A DNA stretch of 59,746 bases from Anaerolinea sp. (GTDB lineage Bacteria; Chloroflexota; Anaerolineae; Aggregatilineales; Phototrophicaceae): assembly GCA_046719465.1 (NCBI GenBank), contig JBDNCV010000001.1, positions 1 through 59,746 of the forward strand. The letters run 5' to 3'. Below the pieces are notes generated by a model that worked only from the letters and a program-made list of their open reading frames with translations, was not told where the DNA came from and made no database searches. Positions 41,491 to 56,372 of this stretch are shown piece after piece (the first letter of the stretch is position 1; each line of letters opens with the position of its first letter). A program made the position numbers and the translations under genes.

Positions 41491-42171
41491 ATGTCAGAAA
41501 GGACGATCACCATCAACACAGGCGATGCCGTGAGCGGCACGGTGACGCGCCTTGTGCTGTCCGGCGCGTTTGTGGCGCTCGGTGATGGACGTGAAGGGCT
41601 GCTGCACGTATCACAGATGGGCAAAGTGCCGTTCAAGAACATTGAGGAATTGATCAAGGTTGGCGATACGGTTGAAGCGTTCGTTTTGAAAGTGGACGGG
41701 GATCGCGTGGCGCTCACGACGCAGAAGCCCCCAGCGGTCTCATGGGATACGATCCATGAGGGCGACGTCTTCCGCGGCACAGTGATTCGTATTGAGAAGT
41801 ATGGCGCGTTTGTAGACATCGGCGCGGAGCGCCCGGGCATGGTGCACGTCTCTGAGATGGGCGATGGCTACGTGCAGTCCCCGGATGAGGTGGTGCGCGT
41901 GGGCGATGTGATCGAGGTACGCGTGCTGAAGTATAACCGCAAGCGCCGCCAGATCGACCTGACGATGAAAGAAAACGTATCGCCTGCGCCAGTGGCGGCG
42001 GATGAGGCCGACGAAGATCTGCCGACCGCGTTTGAGCTGGCCATGCGCAAGGCGCAGCAGGGTCAGCCGCGGCGCGGCGCGAGCCGCAATGACGCCAACC
42101 GTCGCAATCGTTACAACGATTACGACGCAGACGACATTATCCGCCGCACGCTGAAATCACACAACAAATAA
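41491..42171 (+). CDS. S1 RNA-binding domain protein (two S1 domains; short bS1-like)
   Basis: Two G.V....GAFV..G....G..HVS.M...VGD.(V/I) repeats and a basic C-terminal tail. Confidence 0.85.
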   Translation: MSERTITINTGDAVSGTVTRLVLSGAFVALGDGREGLLHVSQMGKVPFKNIEELIKVGDTVEAFVLKVDGDRVALTTQKPPAVSWDTIHEGDVFRGTVIRIEKYGAFVDIGAERPGMVHVSEMGDGYVQSPDEVVRVGDVIEVRVLKYNRKRRQIDLTMKENVSPAPVAADEADEDLPTAFELAMRKAQQGQPRRGASRNDANRRNRYNDYDADDIIRRTLKSHNK

Positions 42172-42173
42172 GC

Positions 42174-42200
42174 GAAGAGGGGGCAGACACCCCCTCTTTC
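42174..42200. terminator. Hairpin between convergent genes, probable bidirectional terminator
   Basis: AAGAGGGGG-CAGACA-CCCCCTCTT. Confidence 0.7.
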
Positions 42201-42207
42201 GATTGAG

Positions 42208-42696
42208 CTATTCGAGGCTGCGCTGATAGCGCACGTAGCGCAGGATCGTTGCGCCGAAGAACACAGTGAAGATCGCTTCATGCGCAAGGCACCACGGGCA
42301 GAGCGCCTCAAGCACGAAGAACTGGATGTAGACAAGGTACATCGAGAACAGCCAGCCAAAGATCGACAGCCCCAGCACCATGATCTGCCCGTACTCGGCA
42401 AACAAGCTGACGCGCTGCTCGAGCAAGATGATCACCCCCAGCACCAAGTAGAGCGCTAAGCCCATGTAGGCAATCGGGATGCCGAACATCTCGGAGTAGG
42501 CGCTGTTCTGCACGCGGTCGCAGTTGAACGCGCCGCCCTGCACGCAGGCCATGGCGACGCCCGTCGCTTTGACATAGGTCAGATACCCACTGACGACAAT
42601 GCCCGCGGCAATCAGCACAAGTTGTAAGCCCTTCAAGGTGAAAAGACGGCTAAGGCCATGAGGCCGCTCATTTAAGGCAAGGTTGGGCGCGGTCAT
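42208..42696 (-). CDS. Vitamin K epoxide reductase (VKOR) family disulfide-bond protein
   Basis: Loop cysteines C.......C..V..S.YS..FGIP, CPWC, and four TM helices. ATG 42696 overlaps the moeA stop. Confidence 0.9.
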   Translation of the reverse strand: MTAPNLALNERPHGLSRLFTLKGLQLVLIAAGIVVSGYLTYVKATGVAMACVQGGAFNCDRVQNSAYSEMFGIPIAYMGLALYLVLGVIILLEQRVSLFAEYGQIMVLGLSIFGWLFSMYLVYIQFFVLEALCPWCLAHEAIFTVFFGATILRYVRYQRSLE

Positions 42697-43931
42697 ACAT
42701 CCTCCTGTTCGCGCGGCGTTCGTAATAAGTGTACTGGCATCAAGGTGTTGCGGGGAACATGCGTGACCCCCGCAGGCACGATCAGCAGCCCGTCGGCATG
42801 TACTAGGGACATCAACGCGCCCGAGCTTTGTGTGCCTGTTTCGGTAGCATACCACTGGTCGCCCGTGCGGTGAAGGCGCACCCGCAGATACGACTCCCGT
42901 CCATCGGAGGTGAAATCGTGCGCGGCGAGCGCCTCAATCACGGTCGGGCGATAGGGACGACCTGCCATCTTCAACAGGGCTGGCTGCACGAGAATTTCAA
43001 AGGTGACGAGCGCTGAGACCGGGTTCCCCGGCAGCCCATAAAAGGGTATGCCAGCGATGTTACCGAACGCTAACGGCTTGCCCGGACGGATGTTGATCTT
43101 CCAAAAGTTGAGCTGGCCGCGCTGCTCAAGCGCCTGACGGGTGAAGTCTGCCGCGCCCACGCTCACACCGGCTGTGCTGAGGATGAGGTCAGGCTGCACG
43201 GCGAGCGCATCGTCGATCATGCGGTGCATGTCCTCCAGCGTGTCGCGGGCGGGGGGGATGAGATGGGGCAAGCCGCCGCAGCGGCGCACCATCGCTGCCA
43301 GCGCAGGGCTGTTGCCGTCGCGGATCTGGCCCGGGGCGGGTGTGGCGTCAAACCGCACGATCTCATCGCCGCTGGTGACGATGGCGACGCGCGGCTGACG
43401 GATGACGGGCACTTCTACATGGCCGAGCGAGGCCAACATGCCGATGTCGGCGGCGCTTAGGACGGCCCCTCTGCGGATGACGACGCTGCCGCTGGCGATG
43501 TTCTCACCACGGCGGCGGATGTTTGCGCCTGCGCGGGCAGCCTTGCGGATCGTCACTGGATGGCCGACGCTGCTGGTCTCCCATGTGGCGTCGGTGTCCT
43601 CGATTGGCACGACGGCGTCGGCCCCCGGTGGGATGGGCGCGCCGGTCATGATGCGCGCGGCTTGGCCGTGATCGATGACGTGGTGTGGGGTTGTGCCCGC
43701 CAGAATGTCGCTGACGATGGTCAAGGTGACTGGGGCGGCTGTGGTGTCGTCGGCGCGCACGGCGAAGCCATCCATGCTGCTGTTGTCGAAGGGGGGCAAA
43801 TCCTCAGCGCTGTGAATGTCCTCGGCGAGGACACGGTCATAGGCCTCAAGCAGCCCGACTGTCTCGGTGGGTAAGGTTTGTGTGGCTTGCTGAATCTGCG
43901 CTAATGCTTCGGCAACCGAGAGCATCAACAT
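42693..43931 (-). CDS. moeA: Molybdopterin molybdotransferase MoeA
   Basis: PPFDNSSMDGFAV, IMTGAP.P.GADAVVP.E, SGDE, GVSVG..D, PGKP and GLPGNPVS. Confidence 0.95.
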   Translation of the reverse strand: MLMLSVAEALAQIQQATQTLPTETVGLLEAYDRVLAEDIHSAEDLPPFDNSSMDGFAVRADDTTAAPVTLTIVSDILAGTTPHHVIDHGQAARIMTGAPIPPGADAVVPIEDTDATWETSSVGHPVTIRKAARAGANIRRRGENIASGSVVIRRGAVLSAADIGMLASLGHVEVPVIRQPRVAIVTSGDEIVRFDATPAPGQIRDGNSPALAAMVRRCGGLPHLIPPARDTLEDMHRMIDDALAVQPDLILSTAGVSVGAADFTRQALEQRGQLNFWKINIRPGKPLAFGNIAGIPFYGLPGNPVSALVTFEILVQPALLKMAGRPYRPTVIEALAAHDFTSDGRESYLRVRLHRTGDQWYATETGTQSSGALMSLVHADGLLIVPAGVTHVPRNTLMPVHLLRTPREQEDV

Positions 43932-44064
43932 CTCCTGAGGGTGTGGAAGATCGTTAGTAGTATATCAAATACAGTTTTAATTGCCCGCTTGCATAAACGC
44001 AACAAAACTAGAGTATAATGTCTGCAAGGTAACAGATAAACAGAGTATCCGCAGTCAAGGCGCT

Positions 44065-46293
44065 ATGGTAACGACTACCAGCTCGATCCCGCGTGATTTG
44101 CAAAGCCTGCTCGGCGCGTTGAAGAATCTGTCGGTCAGCGATCAACAGTTGATTGAGCGTGCTTACTACTACGCTGAACGCGCTCATAAGGGCATGGTAC
44201 GCAATTCAGGGGAGCCTTTCTTCACGCACTGCGTCGCCGTGGCAACCATTCTGGCGGAGCTGCACATGGACGCGGAGACCATTGCGGCGGGACTGCTGCA
44301 CGATGTCATTGAGGATACGCACTCCACCAGCTCTGAGATCACCGAGGAGATGATCGAGGCTGAATTCGGAAGCACGGTGGGCCGCTTGGTGAGCGGTGTG
44401 ACGAAGCTCAAAAATCTGCCTCAGCAGAACGAAACGGCTAATGACAAGCGGTCAACCGTGGTCAAGCGCGACACGGAGTACTTCCGCCGTATGATGCTGA
44501 CCGCCGACAAGGACATCCGCGTGGTCATCGTGAAGCTGGCTGACCGCCTGCACAACATGCGCACGCTGGGCTACATGCGTCCCGACAAGCAGAAGCGCAT
44601 CGCCCAAGAGACGATGGATATCTACGCGCCGTTGGCGAATCGGCTCGGCATCTGGCAGATGAAGTGGGAGCTGGAAGACCTCTCGCTGCGCTACCTTGAG
44701 CCAGAAGCCTACAAGAGAATTGCGAACGCCTTGGCTGAACGCCGGGCTGACCGCGAAGCCTACATGGCGGAGGTGGCCGAGACGCTGCGCAAGGCGCTGG
44801 AGAAACACGGCATCACCAATGCCAATATCTCCGCGCGCCCCAAGCACATCACCAGCATCTGGCGCAAGATGGAGCGCAAGGGCATCCCGCTGGAGCAAGT
44901 TTACGATGTGCGCGCGCTGCGCGTGATCGTGCAGGATAACCCGCAGTGCTACATGGTGCTGGGGATCGTCCATGACCTGTGGAAGCCCATCCCCGGGGAG
45001 TTTGACGATTACATCGGCAACCCCAAAGACAACTTCTACCGCAGCCTCCACACCGCCGTGATGGACAACCGCGGGCGCACGCTGGAGGTACAGATCCGCA
45101 CGTGGGAGATGCACGAACACGCTGAGTATGGCATCGCGGCGCACTGGCGCTACAAAGAAGGGCGTGACGCGGGCGACGAACGCTTCGAGGAATACATCAC
45201 CTACCTGCGCCGCTTGATGGAGTTTGGCAACGAAGTGGAGGGCGGCGCGAGCTTCATGGAGGCAGTCGAGCAGGACTTCCTCGCGGGGCGAATCTTTGTG
45301 TTCACGCCGAAGGGCAAGATCATCGACCTGCCGCGCGGCGCAACCCCGCTGGATTTCGCCTACAGCATCCACACTGAGATTGGCCACCGCTGCCGCGGCG
45401 CAAAGGTGCGCGGGAAGCTCGTCCCGTTGAACTATCAGCTCAACATGGGCGATCAAGTCGAAATCCTGACGTCGAACCGCGGCGGGCCGAGCCTCGACTG
45501 GCTGAACCCGGACAACGGCTACGCGATCACCTCGCGCGCTAAGTCGAAAATCAAGCATTACTTCCGGCGGCAGCAGCGCGAAAGCAACATTGCCAGCGGG
45601 CGACAAGTGCTGGAGCATGAGCTGAAAAAGCTCGGGTTGTTAGAGCGTGTGCCGCTGGAGGCCATCGCCGCCCTGTTCGACCACAGCAAGCTGGACGATT
45701 TCCTGTACGAGATTGGCGTAGGGAACATCACTGGCTCCGAAATTGCGCAGACGGTGCTCGAGGACGAACGCAAGCGGCGTGAAGCCCAAGAGAGCGACGT
45801 TGACCTGCTGCGCTCGAAATTGAAAGCGCCGGCCTCACAGGATGCCTCTTCGTCGATTTTTATCGACGGCACGGGCGGCATGCTGGTCACGCTGGCGCGG
45901 TGTTGTGCTCCGCTGCCCGGGGAAGACATCATCGGCTACACCACGCGGGGCCGGGGCGTTACTGTCCATCGGACGACGTGCGCCAACGTGCAGAATATCC
46001 CTGATCCTGAACGGCTGATCGAAGTCAGTTGGGGGACGATGCCCACTCAGCAGCGCTTTAACGTTCCAGTGGAAATCATCGCCCACGATCGCACGGGCTT
46101 GCTGCGCGACATCACGACGGTGATCTCTGAGAGTGGGATCAACATCTCATCAGTCGAGGTAAACACCAAGCAGGCCATCGCGTCGATCTTCATCAGCTTG
46201 GAGATTGGCTCACCACAGCAGTTGACCAAGACGTTGGCCAAGATCGAGAATATCCCCAGCGTCGTTGAGACGCGCCGCCGTCTGCAAACATAA
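44065..46293 (+). CDS. rel: Bifunctional (p)ppGpp synthetase/hydrolase (long RSH, Rel)
   Basis: Intact hydrolase HD (LLHDVIED), KLADRLHNMRTL, synthetase RPK and EVQIRT, TGS domain, CC..PG zinc finger and ACT domain. Confidence 0.96.
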   Translation: MVTTTSSIPRDLQSLLGALKNLSVSDQQLIERAYYYAERAHKGMVRNSGEPFFTHCVAVATILAELHMDAETIAAGLLHDVIEDTHSTSSEITEEMIEAEFGSTVGRLVSGVTKLKNLPQQNETANDKRSTVVKRDTEYFRRMMLTADKDIRVVIVKLADRLHNMRTLGYMRPDKQKRIAQETMDIYAPLANRLGIWQMKWELEDLSLRYLEPEAYKRIANALAERRADREAYMAEVAETLRKALEKHGITNANISARPKHITSIWRKMERKGIPLEQVYDVRALRVIVQDNPQCYMVLGIVHDLWKPIPGEFDDYIGNPKDNFYRSLHTAVMDNRGRTLEVQIRTWEMHEHAEYGIAAHWRYKEGRDAGDERFEEYITYLRRLMEFGNEVEGGASFMEAVEQDFLAGRIFVFTPKGKIIDLPRGATPLDFAYSIHTEIGHRCRGAKVRGKLVPLNYQLNMGDQVEILTSNRGGPSLDWLNPDNGYAITSRAKSKIKHYFRRQQRESNIASGRQVLEHELKKLGLLERVPLEAIAALFDHSKLDDFLYEIGVGNITGSEIAQTVLEDERKRREAQESDVDLLRSKLKAPASQDASSSIFIDGTGGMLVTLARCCAPLPGEDIIGYTTRGRGVTVHRTTCANVQNIPDPERLIEVSWGTMPTQQRFNVPVEIIAHDRTGLLRDITTVISESGINISSVEVNTKQAIASIFISLEIGSPQQLTKTLAKIENIPSVVETRRRLQT

Positions 46294-46396
46294 TAGCAGC
46301 AACTCTTAACGATCATGACAATCTGCTATATAATAATAACATAGCGGTGAAAGTGGCTGTGCCGCCTGCTTGTTGTTAAAAGCTGAAAGATTGATC

Positions 46397-47407
46397 ATGA
46401 ACGAATGGGTGAAGAACCTACGTCCAACGACCCGCGTGGTCGTGCTGCACCCGAACGCGCCCCGTCAGCATGGCTATATGTGGGAGCCGCTAAGCGCGGA
46501 GGGCGCGCTGTATGTGCGCCTTAATGGAGATAAGCTGACCAGCGCGGATGTGCTGGCGCAGGTGGGCGCGGCGGGACAAGCATCCTCATGGTTGGTGTTG
46601 GACGAATCCGACCGCGTGCAAGGGGCGGAGCTGGCGGCAGCCTGCGTGCAGTTGTTAGAAGCAACCCCGACGCTGCGCGTGACATTGGCAGGCCGAACGC
46701 TGCCCGTGCAAGTGCTGCAGCACCCTGTGCTGCGCCCACAAGTGGAGTTTGTGCCGGTGGACGATGCGACAGAGCTGTACGACTACACGCGGCATGACCA
46801 AGAGCGCCCACTGTTGGAGGTGAAGTCGTTCGGTGTGGGGCGCGTGTACCTCAACGGCCAGCAGATCGACAGTTGGGATGGCGTGCTGCCTCGCTTGCTG
46901 TTCTTCTACTTCATCGACAAAGGGATGGTCACCCGTGACGAAATCTTCCGCACCTTCTGGCCGAGCATGAGCGTTAAAGAGGCGACGAACGTCTTCCACG
47001 TGACGAAACGCAAAGTGAACGAGGTGCTCGGCCTTGATCTGACCGTCTACCAGTCGGGCTATTACCGCGTGACAGATCGTGTGACGCTGCTCTACGATGT
47101 GTCGCAGTTCAACCGCACATTGCAAAACACTGAAGTGTCAGATACGTTCGAGGTAGAGCCGCTTCTGCGCGACACGATCCGCTTGTATCAGGGCGATTTC
47201 TTGACCACGAGCGACGCGGATTGGGTGCTGCGGCGGCGCTTCGAGATGCGGCAAGCCTACGGCAGCGCCCTGTATGCCATCGGCATGCTGTACGAATCAC
47301 AGGGTGAGAAGGCGCTGGCAGAGAGCTTCTTCTTGCGTGCCTTCCGTCACAACCCACATGAGCCACGCTATGCCGAGGCAGTCATGCACCTCTTGACTGC
47401 CCACTAG
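46397..47407 (+). CDS. BTAD/SARP-type transcriptional activator domain protein with a degenerate N-terminal NTPase-like region
   Basis: EVKSFG...V..NG, RD.I...FWP, DV..F, LY.GDFL....DWV..RR BTAD pattern; LVLDE and LAGR..P remnants in the N-terminus. Confidence 0.78.
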   Translation: MNEWVKNLRPTTRVVVLHPNAPRQHGYMWEPLSAEGALYVRLNGDKLTSADVLAQVGAAGQASSWLVLDESDRVQGAELAAACVQLLEATPTLRVTLAGRTLPVQVLQHPVLRPQVEFVPVDDATELYDYTRHDQERPLLEVKSFGVGRVYLNGQQIDSWDGVLPRLLFFYFIDKGMVTRDEIFRTFWPSMSVKEATNVFHVTKRKVNEVLGLDLTVYQSGYYRVTDRVTLLYDVSQFNRTLQNTEVSDTFEVEPLLRDTIRLYQGDFLTTSDADWVLRRRFEMRQAYGSALYAIGMLYESQGEKALAESFFLRAFRHNPHEPRYAEAVMHLLTAH

Positions 47408-49884
47408 GGCGCGCTGCCGTTGGCCTCGGCGCTTTCAGCGGGTGGCAGCTCTACCCGCGCCTGATATGGCACAACGGCGGTGGCTCGTTCGTTCTCTCGC
47501 AGCGTCAAAACACTTTCACCGCCTGTGCGGCCGCGCTTAAGCAGTGGGGCACGACCGATGCGCATGTAGAGCGGCTTCTTGCGATCAGTGAGCACGATGA
47601 TATTGTCGTCCTGCCGCCCGATGGCCGCAGCAGCCAGCTCGCTGCTGCTGCGTGGAAGGCGCATGCTGATCACGCCGCCGCCTGCGCGCCCCTGCGTGGG
47701 GTAGTCCTCCACCGCGCTGATCTTGGCGATGCCGTCGTCGCTGATGTTCCACACGTACTGATTCTCGTGCACGGGCAGGGCGGCGACCACGCGGTCTTTC
47801 ATGCCGCTGAGCTTGATGCCGATCATACCACCAGAGGCCAAGCCGGTGGGCCTCACCTCATCCTCACGGAAGCGGATGGCTTGCGCTTGGGCCGTCACCA
47901 AGAGCACCTCTTGGCTGCCGTTGGTCACAAACACGCTGATGAGTTCATCATCGTCGCCTACGTTCATCACGAGGAAGGCTTTGGCGACGATCCCCGGCAA
48001 GTCCTCGAGCCGTAGGCGCTTCACCTTGCCGCTGCGCGTCGTCATGAACAAGAAGCCCGCGCCCGGGTTCAGATCAAGCCCGAGCGCCGCCACGACTTGA
48101 TCCTGTGCTGTGAGCGGGGTCAGGTCGTGATAGGCGATGCCCACGTTGAAATCGTTAGACTGTGGGATCTGCTGCACAGGCACTGTGGCGCACAGGCCGC
48201 GCGCGGTGAACAGGTAAAGCACCTGCGCTGTGCTGGTGTTGAGGATGATGATGGGCGGTTGTTTGCTCGTCGCTGGCACTTTGGGCGGCACATTGTCGTG
48301 CGAGCGAGTCAGCGTGCCACCTGTGGTGAGCGTAACCCACGTTGCCTCCTCCGGGATCAGGTAGTCGCTGGCGTTGTTGCTGGCGAAGCTGTCAGCAACG
48401 ATGGTGCGGCGCTTGTCGCCATAAGTGAGTTTGAGCTGTGCCAGCTCCTCGGCGATGACGACGCGCATCTTTTTGGGGTCGGCCAGCAGCGCTTCCAACT
48501 GCTGGATGAGCGCGATTTTTTCTTTGTATTCGTCGAGGATTTTTTGCGCTTCAAGCGCAGCCAAACGCCGGAGCTGCATATCGAGAATGGCCTGCGCCTG
48601 CGCCTCGGTGATGTCGAGCAGGGTCATCAGACCAGTGCGAGCAGCGTCAGCGTTTTTGCTGCGGCGGATGAGCGCGATCACTTCGTCGAGGCGATCCAGT
48701 GCTTTGAGCAGCCCTTCGAGGATGTGGGCGCGTTCACGCGCGCGGGCGAGGTCGAACTCGCTGCGGCGGCGCACAATTTCAAGGCGATGTTCGAGGTAGA
48801 CGCGCAGCGCCTGCTTGAGCGACAAGAGGCGAGGCTGTTGATCGACCAGCGCAAGCATAATGATGCTAAACGTCTCTTGCAGCGGGGTCAGCTTGAACAG
48901 GTTGCCCAACACCTCAGAGGCGTCGACCCCGCGCTGAAGCTCGATCACGAGGCGCACCTGATTCTGCCGGTCGGATTCATCGCGTAGGTCGGAGAGGCCT
49001 TCCAGCTTGCCCACGTTGACGAGGTGGGCAATGCGCTCGATGAGCGAGGTTTTGTTCACTTGATAGGGCAGCTCGCTGACGATGATGCGTGATTTGCCGC
49101 GCCCCATCTCCTCGATGTGAACTTTGGCGCGCACGGTGACCTTGCCGCGCCCGGTGGCGTAGGCTTGCAGCACAGGGTTATCGCCTGTTTCGTTCTCGTG
49201 GTGGCTGTAGATGACGCCGCCGGTCGGGAAGTCTGGGCCTTTGACGAACTGCATGAGTTCCTCGACGCTGATTTCTTCAAGGCGGTTCCAGTGCGAGAGC
49301 ATGAAGACCAGCGCATCGACGATCTCGCCGAGGTTGTGGGGAGGGATGTTGGTGGACATGCCAACGGCGATGCCCGATGCCCCGTTGATGAGCAAGTTGG
49401 GCAGCGCGGCGGGCAGCACTTGCGGCTCGGTGAGGGAGCCGTCGAAGTTATCGCCGAAGTTGACGGTCTCTTTTTCGATGTCGGTCAAGAGCTGTGCGCC
49501 GAGCGGGGCGATGCGCGCCTCGGTGTAGCGCATGGCGGCGGCGCTGTCGCCGTCGATGCTGCCGAAGTTGCCTTGCCCGTCGATCAAGCAGTAGCGCATG
49601 GAGAAATCCTGCGCGAGCCGCACCATGGCGTCGTACACGGCGCTGTCGCCGTGTGGGTGATACTTGCCCAAGACCTCCCCGACGATGCGCGCGCTTTTCT
49701 TGTAAGCGCTGTCGGGGCGAATGCCCATATCGTACATAGCGTAGAGGATGCGCCGGTGCACGGGTTTGAGGCCGTCACGGGCGTCTGGCAGGGCGCGCGC
49801 AACGATGGTGCTCATGGCATAGTCAAGGTATGCGTCGCGCATTTCCTGTTCGATGGGGATGGGTTGAATGGATCCAAGCGCCAT
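47404..49884 (-). CDS. gyrA/parC: Type II topoisomerase A subunit (GyrA/ParC family); no GyrA-box, so ParC-like
   Basis: [24 protein letters not shown], catalytic AAMRYTE and a beta-pinwheel CTD with no QxRGGKG in blade 1. Confidence 0.92.
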   Translation of the reverse strand: MALGSIQPIPIEQEMRDAYLDYAMSTIVARALPDARDGLKPVHRRILYAMYDMGIRPDSAYKKSARIVGEVLGKYHPHGDSAVYDAMVRLAQDFSMRYCLIDGQGNFGSIDGDSAAAMRYTEARIAPLGAQLLTDIEKETVNFGDNFDGSLTEPQVLPAALPNLLINGASGIAVGMSTNIPPHNLGEIVDALVFMLSHWNRLEEISVEELMQFVKGPDFPTGGVIYSHHENETGDNPVLQAYATGRGKVTVRAKVHIEEMGRGKSRIIVSELPYQVNKTSLIERIAHLVNVGKLEGLSDLRDESDRQNQVRLVIELQRGVDASEVLGNLFKLTPLQETFSIIMLALVDQQPRLLSLKQALRVYLEHRLEIVRRRSEFDLARARERAHILEGLLKALDRLDEVIALIRRSKNADAARTGLMTLLDITEAQAQAILDMQLRRLAALEAQKILDEYKEKIALIQQLEALLADPKKMRVVIAEELAQLKLTYGDKRRTIVADSFASNNASDYLIPEEATWVTLTTGGTLTRSHDNVPPKVPATSKQPPIIILNTSTAQVLYLFTARGLCATVPVQQIPQSNDFNVGIAYHDLTPLTAQDQVVAALGLDLNPGAGFLFMTTRSGKVKRLRLEDLPGIVAKAFLVMNVGDDDELISVFVTNGSQEVLLVTAQAQAIRFREDEVRPTGLASGGMIGIKLSGMKDRVVAALPVHENQYVWNISDDGIAKISAVEDYPTQGRAGGGVISMRLPRSSSELAAAAIGRQDDNIIVLTDRKKPLYMRIGRAPLLKRGRTGGESVLTLRENERATAVVPYQARVELPPAESAEANGSAP

Positions 49885-49912
49885 AGTGCGTCCTTATGCA
49901 GGTGACTGCCGT

Positions 49913-49960
49913 ATTGTAAGGGTTTAGGCTCTGCTGTCAACGCCTAAGAATATCTGTTCT
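49913..49960 (-). promoter_or_regulatory. sigma70 promoter of the topoisomerase gene with an adjacent LexA-like box
   Basis: TTGACA (49940-49935), 16 bp, TACAAT (49918-49913). AGAAT-ATCT-GTTCT at 49947-49960 is one mismatch from AGAAC-N4-GTTCT. Confidence 0.55.
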
Positions 49961-50064
49961 AGTATATCACAAAGCCGTGTTTGGATCAGAGGGTGAACAT
50001 AGATAAGCCGTTGTTTTCATCTGTGACTGTCCGTGCTAGCATAGACGAGAACGAAAGGAAGCCT

Positions 50065-51498
50065 ATGCGTAAGTTAATCGTGTGGCTGCTGCCAGTGCTG
50101 ATTTTGGCAGCGTGTAACTCTTTTGAGCCGATCCGTATTGTGATCACGCCGACGCCGGCCCCCACGGATGCCAGTGTGGCCGCGGTGGCGACTGCAACCA
50201 CGGTGGTGCAGCCCTCGCCCGAGCCGGTGACGGCCACCTCCGCCGCGACAGCTACCCCCCTCCCGACGCAAACGCCCCCGCCTACTCGTACACCAATCCC
50301 GGGGGATGGGTCGTTTATCGGGTCGATCTTGCGGCCTGATTACACTATCACACCCCCCGCAACCAGCACGCCCACGCTCATCCCAACGCTGGATCCGTCG
50401 GCGGTGTTCCCCAGCCCAACGCCTTATGTGCCGGTGGCGGGGCGCTTGGATCCGCTGGCGATGGGCTTGCAGATCTACTACAACATGGGATGGGACGAGT
50501 TCGCTGATATGCTGTGGCTGGCACAGCAGACGCGCGTGGGCTGGGTAAAGTTGCAGCTCGATTGGAGCACGATGCAGCCCAATGGCCCGGGCGAAAAGAG
50601 CGACGTGTTCAACGCGTTTGTGCTGCAAGTGCAGCGCGCCAAAAACTTCGGCTTCAAAGTTCTCTTGAGCGTGGCGAAAGCGCCTGCGTGGGCACGCGGC
50701 GGCGAGACGCGCGAAGATGGGCCGCCCGCCAATCCGCAGGATTTGATCAACTTCTTGCAACTGCTGTTTACCGACATCAAGATCGAGAACATCGACGCGC
50801 TAGAAATCTGGAACGAGCCGAACCTTTTGCGTGAATGGCGCGGCGTCTACCCGCTGACAGGGGCGGGCTACATGCAGTTGTTCATCCCCGTGCGCGAGGC
50901 GATGCGTGCGCTTTATCCTTCGGTGCACCTTATTACGGCGGGGTTAGCGCCCACTGGCAACAGCGCAGGCTCGGTCGATGATCGCGTGTTCTTGCAGCAG
51001 ATGTTCGACGCGGGCTTGGGCAACTACCCAGATGTGTCGGTCGGGGTGCATCCGTATGGCTGGTGGAACCCGCCGGACGCGCGCTGCTGCAACCCCAGCA
51101 GCGACCGCGGTTGGGATGACAACCCGCACTTCTTCTTCATCGAGACGATTGACGCCTACCGCGACATCATGAACCGCAATGGCTTCAGCGAAGTGCAGAT
51201 GTGGATCACGGAGTTTGGTTGGCCCACGTGGGACGGTTTCGGCGTGGAGCCGCCAGAGGCGTGGATGGGCTACACCTCACCGGAGCAGCAAGCCGAGTAC
51301 ACGCTGCGAGCGTTTGAAATCGGCCAATCGCGCCCCGATATTGGCCCGATGATCCTGTGGAACTTCAACTTTGCCAACGAAACTTTGATCAACAACCGCG
51401 ACGAGATGGCGGGCTTCAGCTTACTGGCGCCCAACATGATCGAAGAAGGGTTGATCGTGCGCCCGCTGTATATCGCGCTGCGCGACCGACCTCAGTAA
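50065..51498 (+). CDS. Lipoprotein with a clan GH-A glycoside hydrolase domain (GH5/GH39-like)
   Basis: Lipobox LAAC, Pro/Thr linker, acid/base WNEPN, HPY and nucleophile ITEFGW. Confidence 0.85.
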   Translation: MRKLIVWLLPVLILAACNSFEPIRIVITPTPAPTDASVAAVATATTVVQPSPEPVTATSAATATPLPTQTPPPTRTPIPGDGSFIGSILRPDYTITPPATSTPTLIPTLDPSAVFPSPTPYVPVAGRLDPLAMGLQIYYNMGWDEFADMLWLAQQTRVGWVKLQLDWSTMQPNGPGEKSDVFNAFVLQVQRAKNFGFKVLLSVAKAPAWARGGETREDGPPANPQDLINFLQLLFTDIKIENIDALEIWNEPNLLREWRGVYPLTGAGYMQLFIPVREAMRALYPSVHLITAGLAPTGNSAGSVDDRVFLQQMFDAGLGNYPDVSVGVHPYGWWNPPDARCCNPSSDRGWDDNPHFFFIETIDAYRDIMNRNGFSEVQMWITEFGWPTWDGFGVEPPEAWMGYTSPEQQAEYTLRAFEIGQSRPDIGPMILWNFNFANETLINNRDEMAGFSLLAPNMIEEGLIVRPLYIALRDRPQ

Positions 51499-51516
51499 GC
51501 CCCTCTCATGGGAAGC

Positions 51517-51553
51517 AACAAGGCGTCGGAGTTACTCCGACGCCTTGTTTGTT
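51517..51553. terminator. Strong hairpin between the convergent GH gene and rpoC, probable bidirectional terminator
   Basis: 15-bp perfect stem AACAAGGCGTCGGAG-TTA-CTCCGACGCCTTGTT. Confidence 0.85.
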
Positions 51554-51584
51554 CTGCGCTACTGCACCTGTGGCTGGGCGCGCC

Positions 51585-56186
<4,602 letters not shown>

Positions 56187-56339
56187 GGCATTCCTCCTGT
56201 GCGCTGGTGCCAGCGTGGGTTTGGGTGTGTTGGTTGGTCAGGTGGTGAAACAGCAATACAGACGAAACGAGACGCAAGAAAACGGCTTGTTTTCTGCCTC
56301 TCTGCCAGTTCGTCTGTCCTAAACTTCTATCACGACACT

Positions 56340-56369
56340 ATGTTAAGGCCACGGTGTCGGTTTTGTCAA
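56340..56369 (-). promoter_or_regulatory. sigma70 promoter for rpoC
   Basis: TTGACA (56369-56364), 18 bp, TAACAT (56345-56340), immediately after the prfB stop. Confidence 0.55.
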
Positions 56370-56372
56370 TCC

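Noticed and set aside
43981-44064. N-terminal extensions in the ORF track (rel, pruA, rex, prfB, VKOR, HD, SDR, MBL, PD40)
   Set aside because: They overlap promoters or neighbouring genes. Downstream starts fit family N-termini and RBS positions better.
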